Assembly: GCA_963841435.1 (NCBI GenBank)
Contig: CAWJCS010000005.1
Span: 608,001 to 672,000, forward strand
Length of the DNA stretch: 64,000 nt
DNA from: an uncultured delta proteobacterium
Lineage (GTDB): Bacteria > Myxococcota_A > Polyangia > Polyangiales > Polyangiaceae
Direction of reading: 5' to 3'
The notes under the pieces are model-generated. The model saw only the letters and a program-made list of their open reading frames with translations, was not told the DNA's origin and did not search any database. Positions 44,056 to 53,307 of the stretch are shown here, piece after piece (the first letter of the stretch is position 1; each line of letters begins with the position of its first letter). The translations under genes were made by a program, and so were the position numbers.

Positions 44056-45353
44056 CTACTTGAACCACTGGCTCGGCGGGGGGATGTAGATGCCGCCTGG
44101 ACCGGTCTTTCGCTGTGGCGCGGCCGTCTTGCGCGTCAACTTCTTCTTGCTCTCGGGGCGCGCAGCCGGACGGCTGTCGCTCGCGACCGCGCTCGCGGCC
44201 GCGCTCGCGGCCGCGCTCGCGACCGCTGCGCGCGCCGTGTTCGAACGTCGCAGATGGCTCGAGCTCCGCCGCGGCACCCGCGGCAGGGGCCGAAGCGGAT
44301 GGCGCGACCGCGGCGTCCGCCAGCGGCTCCCGCGTGGCTTGCTCCGCGGCGTTGCCCCCTCCGCTCATGGCCGCGAGAACGACCGCGACGAGCGCGACGA
44401 CGAAAAGCCCCACGCTTGCGTACACGATCGGGTGCGCCGGCCGCGCCGGCAACACGCGCCCCGACGGCGTGCTGAGCGCGGAGAGCCGCGCCAGGACTTC
44501 CCGCGCCGTCTGCGGTCGATCGGCGGGCGCCTTGGCGAGCAGATCCAGAACGAGACGGGAGAGCGGCGCCGGCGTGGTGTCGGGCAAGGGCGGCGGAGGT
44601 TCCACGAGTTGGCGCGCGAGGACCTGCGTGGGAAGCTCCGCTTCGAAGGGCGGATGCCCGGCGATCATTTCGTACATCATCACGCCGAGCGCGTAGAGAT
44701 CGGTGCGCCCGTCGAACGGGCTGTCCCGTCGCCTGCTCGGGCGACATGTACGCCACCGTGCCCATCACGACGCCCGCGCGCGTGAGATGCGTCGCATCAT
44801 GCTGCGCGTCCGGCGCCGAGACGCGCGCAATCCCGAAGTCGAGCACCTTCACCCGCTCGCCGCCTCCCGCCTCGGGGAGCAGCATCACGTTGTCCGGCTT
44901 GAGGTCGCGATGCACGATGTCGGCGGCGTGGGCGGCGCTCAACGCGAGCGCTGTCTGGCGCGCCACCTCGAGCACCCGGGCGAGCGGCAGAGGGCCGCGA
45001 GCCATGAGCTCCCTGAGGCTCTGGCCGTCCACGTACTCGAGCACGAGATAGAACGAGCCATCGGCGAGCTTGCCGAAGTCGCTGGCGGCAACCACATTCG
45101 GGTGCTCGATGCGCGCAGCGGCGACCGCCTCGCGCTCGAAGCGCGCCACCACCTCACTCACGCCCGCGAGCTCCGGGTGCAGCACCTTGAGCGCGACGGT
45201 CTTGCGCATGTGGACGTGCTCGGCACGGTAAACGGCACCCATGCCGCCGGTCCCGAGCAAGCCCTCGATGCGATACCGACCGGCGACCACCGTCCCCGGC
45301 GCGAGGCCAGGGGCGCCGGAAGCCGGCGGCGGGTCACCCTTCGAAGGATCCAT
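44056..45353 (-). CDS. Membrane Ser/Thr protein kinase broken by two apparent +1 insertions (near 44715 and 44244)
   Basis: GTGGMGAVY, HRDLKPDN, DFG, YMSPEQ; continues DGRTDLYALGVMMYEM in the next frame, then a TM helix, then GPGGIYIPPPSQWFK* in the third frame. Confidence 0.85.
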
Positions 45354-45423
45354 TCGACCCACGAGTCTACGCCATCGCCGCTCCGCTGCAGAGCGGGCGG
45401 ATCTCGGCTATGACTCCGCCCCC

Positions 45424-45912
45424 ATGGCGCGCCAAAAGACGGACAAGGCGAGCGGCGGCGACCGCCTGGTGTCAAAAAACCGGCGCGCCTACTTCGACTA
45501 CGAGGTGGGCGACAGCTACCAGGCGGGGCTCGTGCTGATCGGCAGCGAGGTTCGCTCGCTGCGTGAAAATTCCGCGGACCTGTCGGATGCGTGGGTCGAT
45601 ATCGACGGTCGGGGCGAAGCTTGGCTCAAGGGGCTCAGGATCCCGCCGCTCAAGCACGCGGCGTTCGGACACGAAGAACGCCGGCCGCGCAAGCTCCTCC
45701 TGCACCGGGAGCAGATCGACCGCCTGCGCGGCGCGAGCCAACGCGACGGCATGACCCTGATTGCGACGAAATGTTTCTTCAAGGACAACCGCGCCAAGGT
45801 CGAGATCGCCGTCGCGCGCGGCCGCAAGAAGCACGACAAGCGGCAGGCTCTGCGCGACCGCGACGCGGTGAAAGAGGCCCGCGCCGCCGTGAAGCGCGGG
45901 AGACGCGATTGA
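45424..45912 (+). CDS. smpB: SsrA-binding protein SmpB
   Basis: NRRAYFDY, GLVLIGSEVRSLR, RKLLLHREQI, RGRKKHDKR. Confidence 0.96.
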   Translation: MARQKTDKASGGDRLVSKNRRAYFDYEVGDSYQAGLVLIGSEVRSLRENSADLSDAWVDIDGRGEAWLKGLRIPPLKHAAFGHEERRPRKLLLHREQIDRLRGASQRDGMTLIATKCFFKDNRAKVEIAVARGRKKHDKRQALRDRDAVKEARAAVKRGRRD

Positions 45913-46163
45913 AAACACTCGCTCTCGACGACGGCAGCGAGGCGCTCCTCGTGACGAGCGAGGGTGACCACGTCGTGTTGCTCGCGAAGGCCGCGGCGCC
46001 GCCCGGCTCGCCGCTGCGAGCCCTCTTCGAGGGCGCACCCGTCGTCGTGAAGGTGCGCGGCTCACGGCGCGTCGAGCCGGACGGCGAGGGACGCGCGTTC
46101 AGGGTCGAGGGGCGGTTCGTCGGGCTGACACGCGAGCTTCGCGCACGCCTGCAAGCACCCTGA
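45909..46163 (+). CDS. 84-aa hypothetical protein, possibly a degenerate PilZ-like beta-barrel
   Basis: TTG overlaps the smpB stop; PPGSPL...VKVRGSRR...FRVEGRFVGLTRELRARL. Confidence 0.6.
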   Translation: MKTLALDDGSEALLVTSEGDHVVLLAKAAAPPGSPLRALFEGAPVVVKVRGSRRVEPDGEGRAFRVEGRFVGLTRELRARLQAP

Positions 46164-46179
46164 CCGGCCCGCGCCGGCG

Positions 46180-46311
46180 CTACCTGAGGCGTCCGAGCAT
46201 AACCAGGACGTAGACCGCTGCGAACCCGATGAGCACGGCGGGGATGAGCCAGACGGCAGACACGTTGATCTGCTCGATCTCGTCATCCTGCGCAACGATT
46301 TCTACTCCCAT
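46180..46311 (-). CDS. 43-aa single-TM membrane peptide (absent from the ORF track)
   Basis: MGVEIVAQDDEIEQINVSAVWLIPAVLIGFAAVYVLVMLGRLR; GAGGAG SD 8 nt before ATG. Confidence 0.65.
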   Translation of the reverse strand: MGVEIVAQDDEIEQINVSAVWLIPAVLIGFAAVYVLVMLGRLR

Positions 46312-46414
46312 AGTGCCAACTCCTCTGCTCCTCGGCGCGCGCCAATCAAGAAAGTACCACCACGCCAGTCATAAGTCCTCCATTCGACGGGAGGCGATGC
46401 GCTCTCGAAAACCT

Positions 46415-46537
46415 GGTGTGTCACAAGGAGACACGGGATGGAGCTAAAGCGCCGTTACTCCCAGCTTTGTTGACACAATACCGAAACCGACCACCTGCGC
46501 TCGAGCGGCCGCCCTTGGGGTGGCGCCGAGTTTTTTT
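46415..46537 (+). ncRNA. Candidate structured small RNA of unknown family
   Basis: About 68-nt hairpin (TGTGTCACAAGG pairing with CTTTGTTGACACA, inner GGGA/TCCC), followed by an intrinsic terminator; lower GC than flanks; no + strand gene to explain it. Confidence 0.45.
46500..46537 (+). terminator. Rho-independent terminator
   Basis: CTCG..GCCGCCC-TTG-GGGTGGC..CGAG followed by T7. Confidence 0.8.
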
Positions 46538-46670
46538 CATTGCCGCCACCGAGGCGAGCAAGCCCGAGACCCTCGAGGGGCGGAGGGGCAGGGGCCACGG
46601 CAATACTCCAGCGAGCCCGCCCCACCCTTCCCTCGCCGAAGTGCGGACAGCGAGTCGCGGGCTCGGAACA

Positions 46671-48053
46671 CTAGGTGAGGTTCGGAAGCGGGCCCGTCGC
46701 GCCGGACGCGTCGCCGAAGGACGTGAGATCTTCGGCGCCCATGGCGTGTGCCATCGAAACCAGCATCTGGTTGTTGTCCCGGCGGGCGTTGCTAAAATCG
46801 AGGTAGCGCCCCGTGCGGATCTTCCCGCCGGCGCTTCCCGCGAACACGTACGGCATCAACGTGAGATCGTGCTGCGTCGACTCGCCAATCTCGGTGGCCC
46901 AGAGCACGAGCGTGTTGTCGAGCAGCGTGCCGTCCCCCTCGGGGTATGACGCGAGCTTGCCGAGGAAGTACGCTAGCCGATCCGCGTACCAGGTCTGGAT
47001 CTTGTTGTACGCGTCGTAGTTCGTGCCGCTCGACGAAAAGTCGTGCGAGATGCCGTGGTGGTTGCCGCTGATGTTCAGGAACTGGAAGAGGTGCTCGCTC
47101 TCCGAGTACGACCACTGGAACGTGAGGATGCGAGTCTGATCGCAGGCCAGCGCCGCGGCGGCGAGGTCCATCTGAAGCTCCCCGGCCTGCAGGTACTGGT
47201 CGTCGACGGTGAGGTCGACCGCCTGCATCGTGGGAGGCGAGCAATCACCGGTGGTCGGCATCCCCGAGCTGCCAGGCGTACCCACGAGCCGCTGCTCGAC
47301 TTCGCGCATGGCGGCGAGGTGAGCGTCCAGCTTGTCGCGATCCTCCGCGCCAACCAGGCCCTTGAGCCGCTCGGTCTCGGCGTTCGAGATGTCGAAGACG
47401 CTCTTGCGCTGCGCCCAGAGCCGCTCGAGCACCGGGTCGCTCATACCCGTTCCCGGCATCAGGTTGCCGAAGAGCGTGGTGAAAACGTCTTGCGGGTCCT
47501 CGCGCGGCGGGATGGGCTGATTGGAGGCACGATAGGCGATGCGCGCGCGGACCTCGGTGTCGCGGACGTGGGCACCGAGCTGCAGGCTCTTGAAGGTCGT
47601 CGGCGGGTTCAACGTATCGACCAGGTACTGGTCGAGCGACTGGCCGCTGCCCCAGCCCGAGGTCGTGTCGCCGAAGCTCTTGAACTGGGTGCCCGAGTTG
47701 AGCGGCCGCGCCGTGAGCATGCCGCCCGTGCCTCGAGCGTGCTCCGAGCCGAGCGTGCCACCGAGCGCGCCGTTCTGCAGTGAGTCGTTGAGCTTGATGC
47801 CCTTCAAGAAAGTGAGCTTGTCCTTGTAGGGCTCGAGCGGCGTGGTCAGGGCGCCGAGATTGAAGCTCGTTTCGCTGCCGGTCGGCCAGAACATGGCGTT
47901 GCGCGTGCCGTTCGGGGTCGTGAAAACCACGAGCCGCGTGGGGGGTGTGCCCGCCTCGCCGCGAACGCGCTGCGCGTCGAGCAGCGGAATGGCCGCCGTG
48001 GCAGCGAGTGAGCCACGGAGCAGATTCCTGCGGGTGAACCGGAGCGGATTCAT
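46671..48053 (-). CDS. DUF1552-family protein, copy 2
   Basis: TRRNLLRG leader, SLDQYL, DRDKLDAHLAAMREVE, ALACDQTRI, TLLDNTLV, MPYVFAG. Confidence 0.85.
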   Translation of the reverse strand: MNPLRFTRRNLLRGSLAATAAIPLLDAQRVRGEAGTPPTRLVVFTTPNGTRNAMFWPTGSETSFNLGALTTPLEPYKDKLTFLKGIKLNDSLQNGALGGTLGSEHARGTGGMLTARPLNSGTQFKSFGDTTSGWGSGQSLDQYLVDTLNPPTTFKSLQLGAHVRDTEVRARIAYRASNQPIPPREDPQDVFTTLFGNLMPGTGMSDPVLERLWAQRKSVFDISNAETERLKGLVGAEDRDKLDAHLAAMREVEQRLVGTPGSSGMPTTGDCSPPTMQAVDLTVDDQYLQAGELQMDLAAAALACDQTRILTFQWSYSESEHLFQFLNISGNHHGISHDFSSSGTNYDAYNKIQTWYADRLAYFLGKLASYPEGDGTLLDNTLVLWATEIGESTQHDLTLMPYVFAGSAGGKIRTGRYLDFSNARRDNNQMLVSMAHAMGAEDLTSFGDASGATGPLPNLT

Positions 48054-48070
48054 GGGGCGACCTCGTGATG

Positions 48071-49909
48071 TCACGGCTTCACCTGGCTTCGATACATGAA
48101 GGCGTCCGTCTGCGTGATGCCGACGACGAGCTCGGCCAGGTCCCCGCCGGTGCTCTGGAAACCTGCCTGGAGCGTTCCGAGCGAGCACGAGTCCGGCTCG
48201 ACCTCGGTGCGACCGAGGGCGTAACGGAACCACTGGGTCGCCATGCAGTTTCGCACCTGCTCGCTGCCGGCAAGCTTCTCGGCGAGCTCGCGAACGCCGT
48301 TGAACGGACCCGCGAGGGCGGGATCGTTGGCATCGTTGATCTCGCCCGACACGTCGAGCGGCTGGTTGTTCTCGGTCTCGCGGTACTGGCCCATCGCGTC
48401 AAAGTGCTCGAAGGAAAGGCCGATGGGATCCATCAGACTGTGGCAACCGTTGCAGCTCGCGCCGGCCGTGAGGTGACCGGAGAAGCGCTCGCGCGCCGTG
48501 CCGCCCTGGTTGATGTCGGGTACGGAGATGTTCACGTCGTTCGGCGGCGGTGGCGGCGGGTCGCAGAGCAGCATGCTGCGCACGAATTTTCCCCGGAGCA
48601 CGGGCGAGGTCTGATCCGGATGACCCTGGACCGAGAGGAAGCCTGCCTGGGTGAGCAGGCCCGCGCGACCCTGGCTGTCGGGCAGCGTGACCATCTGCGG
48701 CGTGGTTGCGCTGCCCGCGGGCGCCTGGACGCCGTAAAGGTCCGCGAGCGGGCCGCTCACGAAGGCCACCTGCGACGTGAGCAGCGAGGCGAGCGTGTGA
48801 TCGCCCGCCCAGAGCACGTAGTCGACGAACGCCGGGAGCTCGCGCGCCATGGCGTCGCGCAGCTCGGGAGTGAAGGTGGGAAAGAAGGAGGTATTCTTCG
48901 TCGTGATGTCGAGGCGCGTGGTGCCGGACCACTCGTTGAAGAAGTTCTCGAGCGCCACGCGCGCCTTGGGCGACCCCAGCATTTCTCGGGCTTTCGCCGC
49001 CACGGCTGCAGGGGAGGAGAGCGCACCGCCGGCAGCCGCGTCGAGCAGCGCGTCGTCGGGACCGGACGCCCAGATCAGGTACGAAAGGCGGGTCGCAAGC
49101 TCGAACTGGCTGAGCGGCACGAGCGCGGCGCTCGGATCGGCCGGGGTCGTGGTCTCCAGCCGGTAGAGGAAATCCGAGGACTGCAGCGCCGCCCGAATCA
49201 TGACCTCGATGCCCTCGGCGTAGCTGCCACCGTCGTGCCCGGCCTGGTAGGCGGCCATCAACGCCTGCTCGTCGTTCGGCGTCGTCGGGCGGCGGAAGGC
49301 ACGGCGCCCGAACGAGCGGGCGAAGTCGAGAGCGCACGCGTCCTCACCCTGGGCAACGGTGTCGCACGCCGTGAGGGTGGTGAGGTTTTGCACCGCGGAC
49401 TTGGCGAGTGACTCGGAGACGAGCACGTACTTTTCGGCGTGCAACGAGGACACCGTCAGCACGGACGCGTTGTTGTCGTACCCATTCGTCACCTCGTCGG
49501 CGGGAAGCTCCGCGGCGGGTGCGGGGTCGACGTTCAAGAGGTCGCGCACCGAGTTCGCGTACTCGAAGCGCGTCAGACGCCGGAGCGGCGTGCCTGCGAG
49601 CAGCTGGGTCGGACAGGCGTCCGTCGTGGGCATGACCGCGCCACCGCCGCCACTATTGCCGGCGGCGACCCCGCCGGTGCCGCCCGTGGTGGCTCCCGTG
49701 CCGCCGGACGAAACGCTCGAGCCACCCGTGCTCGGCGTGCCGCCGCTCGTGGCGCCCCCCCCGCCCGTGGCGCCGCCGGTCGCGCCGCTGGCGTTCGACC
49801 CGCCGCTACCCGGCGCGTCGCCCAGAACGCCGCCTTTCGAGTCCACGGCACCCGAACAGGCGGTGGCCAGGAACAACAAAAAGGCCGGCTGGATGAGATC
49901 GCGGCGCAT
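48071..49909 (-). CDS. DUF1587/1595/1592/1588/1585 heme-c lipoprotein, copy 2
   Basis: Lipobox ATAC, Gly linker, LRRLTRFEYANSVRDLL, ATRLSYLIW, TSPVLRG, CNGCH, IGLSFEHFDAMG. Confidence 0.85.
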   Translation of the reverse strand: MRRDLIQPAFLLFLATACSGAVDSKGGVLGDAPGSGGSNASGATGGATGGGGATSGGTPSTGGSSVSSGGTGATTGGTGGVAAGNSGGGGAVMPTTDACPTQLLAGTPLRRLTRFEYANSVRDLLNVDPAPAAELPADEVTNGYDNNASVLTVSSLHAEKYVLVSESLAKSAVQNLTTLTACDTVAQGEDACALDFARSFGRRAFRRPTTPNDEQALMAAYQAGHDGGSYAEGIEVMIRAALQSSDFLYRLETTTPADPSAALVPLSQFELATRLSYLIWASGPDDALLDAAAGGALSSPAAVAAKAREMLGSPKARVALENFFNEWSGTTRLDITTKNTSFFPTFTPELRDAMARELPAFVDYVLWAGDHTLASLLTSQVAFVSGPLADLYGVQAPAGSATTPQMVTLPDSQGRAGLLTQAGFLSVQGHPDQTSPVLRGKFVRSMLLCDPPPPPPNDVNISVPDINQGGTARERFSGHLTAGASCNGCHSLMDPIGLSFEHFDAMGQYRETENNQPLDVSGEINDANDPALAGPFNGVRELAEKLAGSEQVRNCMATQWFRYALGRTEVEPDSCSLGTLQAGFQSTGGDLAELVVGITQTDAFMYRSQVKP

Positions 49910-50117
49910 GGCTTGCCCTCGGAACACGTCCCACTGATCGTACCGGAGGTCGAGCTTTCAGGGCAGCCAAATGACCTCGACACCAAGGTTTGTTGTCGCG
50001 CGTCACGTGCACCGACACGCGATTCTGATCCGAGCAAAGCATTCCAAGCGGGGATGCGCCAACCTTCACCTTTCTGCTCGCTCGCCACCCGCCGAGGCAC
50101 GCTAGGCTGCGACGCGC

Positions 50118-50732
50118 ATGATCCCGTGCCCGAAACGACGGCAGCATGCGCTCAGCGCTCTCGTGATTTTCGCCGCGATGGCGTGCGCGAAGAAGAGCCC
50201 CGAAGCTTCGTCCGAGCCGGGCCCGCACGCGCAAGCGTCGAGCTCTTCCATCGACGCCAGCAAGGAGACGACCGTGCACCTGCAATCGAGCGCATTCCAG
50301 GCAAATGGGAAGATTCCCAAGCAGTACACGTGCGAAGGCTCGGACACCGCGCCACCGCTTTCCCTCGACGGAATACCTGCGGCCGCGCGCAGCCTGGCGC
50401 TCATCGTCGATGATCCGGACGCGCCCGATCCAAGCGCACCCAGGCGGGTGTGGGTCCACTGGGTGCTTTACGACGTGCCGCCCGACGCGCGCGCCCTCGG
50501 CGCGGGACAGGTTCCCGAAGGGGCGCTCGAAGGCAAGAATGATTGGGGGACCAAGGGCTACCGAGGGCCGTGCCCACCCATTGGACGCCATCGGTACTTC
50601 TTCAAGCTCTACGCGCTCGACGTGCGCTTGCCCGACCTCGGTGAGCCGAACAAGGCCTCGCTCGAAGCAGCGATGCACGGCCACGTGCTCGCCCAGGCCG
50701 AGCTCGTCGGCACCTATCAGAAGGGCGACTGA
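50118..50732 (+). CDS. YbhB/YbcL (PEBP family) protein, probably lipid-anchored
   Basis: DDPDAP, WVHWV, YRGPCPP.GRHRYFFKLYALD; possible lipobox AMAC. Confidence 0.92.
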   Translation: MIPCPKRRQHALSALVIFAAMACAKKSPEASSEPGPHAQASSSSIDASKETTVHLQSSAFQANGKIPKQYTCEGSDTAPPLSLDGIPAAARSLALIVDDPDAPDPSAPRRVWVHWVLYDVPPDARALGAGQVPEGALEGKNDWGTKGYRGPCPPIGRHRYFFKLYALDVRLPDLGEPNKASLEAAMHGHVLAQAELVGTYQKGD

Positions 50733-50734
50733 GC

Positions 50735-52165
50735 GTGCAGCGCCGACTGAAACGAGCCCTGGGCGTCGCCGCCGCGGTGCTCGTCATCGCCCTCGGCGTG
50801 GCCGCGTTTCGCTTCGTCCGAATGCGCCTGCCGACGATCGTGACCGTGAGCACGACCACCCGCTACCAGGTCATCGACGGATGGGGCGTCTACCCACGCT
50901 ACTGGGAGGACGACAAGAAAGGCGACCGCTTCGATCGCTCGTTCGAGCGCTTCACGCAACCCACCTCGGAATTTCTCGTAAACGAGCTCGGCATCAACGC
51001 CGTGCGCATCGAGATCTGGAGCGGCCTCGAGAACCCGCACGATTATTGGATCGAGAACTACGAGGGGAAGATCGGTTATCGGGAATATGCGACGCATCGC
51101 TACGAAAAGGTCAACGACGACGGCGATCCGCACCACGTGAACCTCGCAGGCTTTCAGTTCTCCCGCTTCGACCATCGCATCGACAAGATGGTGTTGCCGC
51201 TGCTTCGAGCCATCGAGAAGCGAGGCGAGAAACCGTTCATCAACGTTTGCTACGTCAACTTCAAGTGGAAGGAATCGGATCGGCAAGGCAGCCTGAGCCA
51301 CGCTGACGAGCCCGAGGAGTTCGCCGAGTTCGTCAGCGTGTTCTTCGACCGCCTGCGCGACAAGTGGGGCATCGTGCCCGATAGCTTCGAGATCATCTTG
51401 GAGCCGGAAAACACCGAGCGCTGGCGTGGCCCGCAGATCGGTCGCGCGCTGCTCGCGGCGCGCGCTCGCCTGGTGGAGCACGGCTTCGACGCGCGCATGA
51501 TCGCGCCGTCGAACACGTCGATGTCGAACGCCATCAGCTACTTCGACGAGATGATCACCGTGCCGTCGGTGCTCGAGCACCTCGACACTTTCGCGTACCA
51601 CCGTTACCACCTCGAGCGGACGAGCAACGTCGAGAGCATCTGGCAGCGCGCAAACGAGCACGGCCTCAAGACGGCGATGCTCGAGAAAGTGGGCGCGGGC
51701 ATCGACGTGCTCTTCGAGGACCTCACGGTGGGGCACGTGTCGGCGTGGCAGCAGTGGGGCGTCGCGGATCGGCTCGGCGCGCCGGACGGAGGCGCCTTCT
51801 ACGCGATGGTCAACACCAAGGACGCGGCGCATCCACGCGTCCTACCGAGTAAGGGCGCAGAGCTGCTCGCACAGGTGTTCCGCTACGTGCGGCGAGGCGC
51901 AACCCGTGTCGGCGCCGAGAGCGACAATGGCGACAAGCGCGTCGTCGCCTTCGTGAACGCGGGGGGCCGCGCGGCCGTGATCGTGCGCGCCAAGCGCGCC
52001 GGGGGAGCGGTGACGGTGCGCGGGTTGCCGCCCGGGCGCTACGGCCTGCGCTACGTCGCCGACGGCGGTGCGCCCGTGGACCTCGCGGACAGCGTCGTCG
52101 CCGAGGGGGGCGAGCTCGCGACGAAGCTCCCCGGACCTGGCGCGCTCGCCGTTCACGCGCGCTGA
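50735..52165 (+). CDS. Putative clan GH-A glycoside hydrolase (GH30-like)
   Basis: YQVIDGWG start of domain, ILEPE (NEP-like), AYHRY, TAMLE, QVFRYVRRGATRV, C-terminal beta domain. Confidence 0.6.
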   Translation: MQRRLKRALGVAAAVLVIALGVAAFRFVRMRLPTIVTVSTTTRYQVIDGWGVYPRYWEDDKKGDRFDRSFERFTQPTSEFLVNELGINAVRIEIWSGLENPHDYWIENYEGKIGYREYATHRYEKVNDDGDPHHVNLAGFQFSRFDHRIDKMVLPLLRAIEKRGEKPFINVCYVNFKWKESDRQGSLSHADEPEEFAEFVSVFFDRLRDKWGIVPDSFEIILEPENTERWRGPQIGRALLAARARLVEHGFDARMIAPSNTSMSNAISYFDEMITVPSVLEHLDTFAYHRYHLERTSNVESIWQRANEHGLKTAMLEKVGAGIDVLFEDLTVGHVSAWQQWGVADRLGAPDGGAFYAMVNTKDAAHPRVLPSKGAELLAQVFRYVRRGATRVGAESDNGDKRVVAFVNAGGRAAVIVRAKRAGGAVTVRGLPPGRYGLRYVADGGAPVDLADSVVAEGGELATKLPGPGALAVHAR

Positions 52166-52285
52166 CGCCGGGGCCCGCTTCCACCCTCGCTGGAACGACG
52201 CGAGTCGCGACGGATCCCACCGCGACCCGCGTTGAAGGGGGACAACGCCGGTCGTTCGGATCGGCACCACCAACGAGGAAACACC

Positions 52286-52709
52286 ATGAAATCCATCCCC
52301 TTCGTCGCCACGCTCGCTGCGCTCACCACGTTCGGCGGGCTCGCCCTCGCCCACGGCGGTGGCGAAAAGTGGTTCGACAAGATCGACCAGAACCACGACG
52401 GCAAGGTCACGAGCGCCGAGGCTGACGCCGCCGCGAAGGCGCACTTCACCGCACTCGACAAGAACAAGGACAACGTGCTCGCCGGCGACGAGCTCAAGGG
52501 GCGCGGCGCCCGGATGATGCAGCGAGTCGAACACCAACCACGACCAGAAGATCACGCTGGCCGAGATGCAGGCCGCCCGCCAGGCCATGTTCGCTCGGCT
52601 CGACACCAACAAGGACAAGGTCGTGACGCGCGACGAGCTCGCCGCGGGTCACGAGCGCTCCAAGGAGCATGCGGGCAAGCACGATCGTGGTCACTGCCGC
52701 GACAAGTGA
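52286..52709 (+). CDS. Secreted four-EF-hand protein; extra A near 52530
   Basis: Signal peptide; DQNHDGKVT, DKNKDNVL, and after removing one base DTNHDQKIT, DTNKDKVVT; His-rich tail; span is 3n+1. Confidence 0.85.
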
Positions 52710-52737
52710 ACGTGGTAGACGTGTCCGTGCAGACGAC

Positions 52738-53307
52738 GTGGCCACCCAAGAGCCTCCGATCGACGACGACGCCGAGCTCGTTTTGCGCGTGGGTCACGGT
52801 GACGTGGCCTCGTACCGCGAGCTCGTGCGTCGTCACGCCAGCAAGCTCCAGAGTTTCTCGAAGCGGCTGCTGCGCGACGAGACCGAGGCGGAGGACGTCG
52901 TCCAAGAGACGTTCCTCCGCCTCTGGCAGCGCGCCCGCGACTTCACGCCGAGCGCGCGCTTTTCGACCTGGCTCTTTCGCATCGCACACAACCTGGCCGT
53001 CAACCGGCTCCGCGCACGCGGCCGGCTTTCGGCTCTCGACGACGACGCCCAGCCGGTCTCGGCGGCGCAGCCCGCGCTGCTCGACGAGAAACGTCGGGCC
53101 GAAGCACTCGAAGCGGCGCTGCGCGAGCTGCCCCCACGCCAGGGGGCGGCGATGACGCTCGTGCATTTGCACGGTCTGAGCGGCGCCGAGGCCGCCGAGG
53201 TGCTCGGCATCGGCAGCGAAGCGCTCGAATCGCTGCTCGCGCGCGCTCGCCGCGCCCTGAAGGCCGAGCTCGCGCAGAGCCTCTCGAACGAGGAACCGAA
53301 CCGATGA
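52738..53307 (+). CDS. ECF sigma factor
   Basis: AEDVVQETFLRLW, FSTWLFRIAHN, AAEVLG...SLLARAR; start uncertain. Confidence 0.92.
   Translation: MATQEPPIDDDAELVLRVGHGDVASYRELVRRHASKLQSFSKRLLRDETEAEDVVQETFLRLWQRARDFTPSARFSTWLFRIAHNLAVNRLRARGRLSALDDDAQPVSAAQPALLDEKRRAEALEAALRELPPRQGAAMTLVHLHGLSGAEAAEVLGIGSEALESLLARARRALKAELAQSLSNEEPNR

Noticed and set aside
46380-46540. Known riboswitch (fluoride, c-di-GMP-I) or SRP RNA
   Set aside because: Only short fragments resemble the consensus and there is no downstream + strand gene; needs an Rfam search to exclude formally.
46164-46670. tmRNA (ssrA) next to smpB
   Set aside because: No tRNA-Ala-like acceptor ends, T-arm or tag-peptide frame recognisable on either strand.
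49996-50022. Imperfect inverted repeat upstream of DUF1592 operon 2 as a shared operator
   Set aside because: GC-rich, imperfect and unrelated to the palindrome before operon 1.
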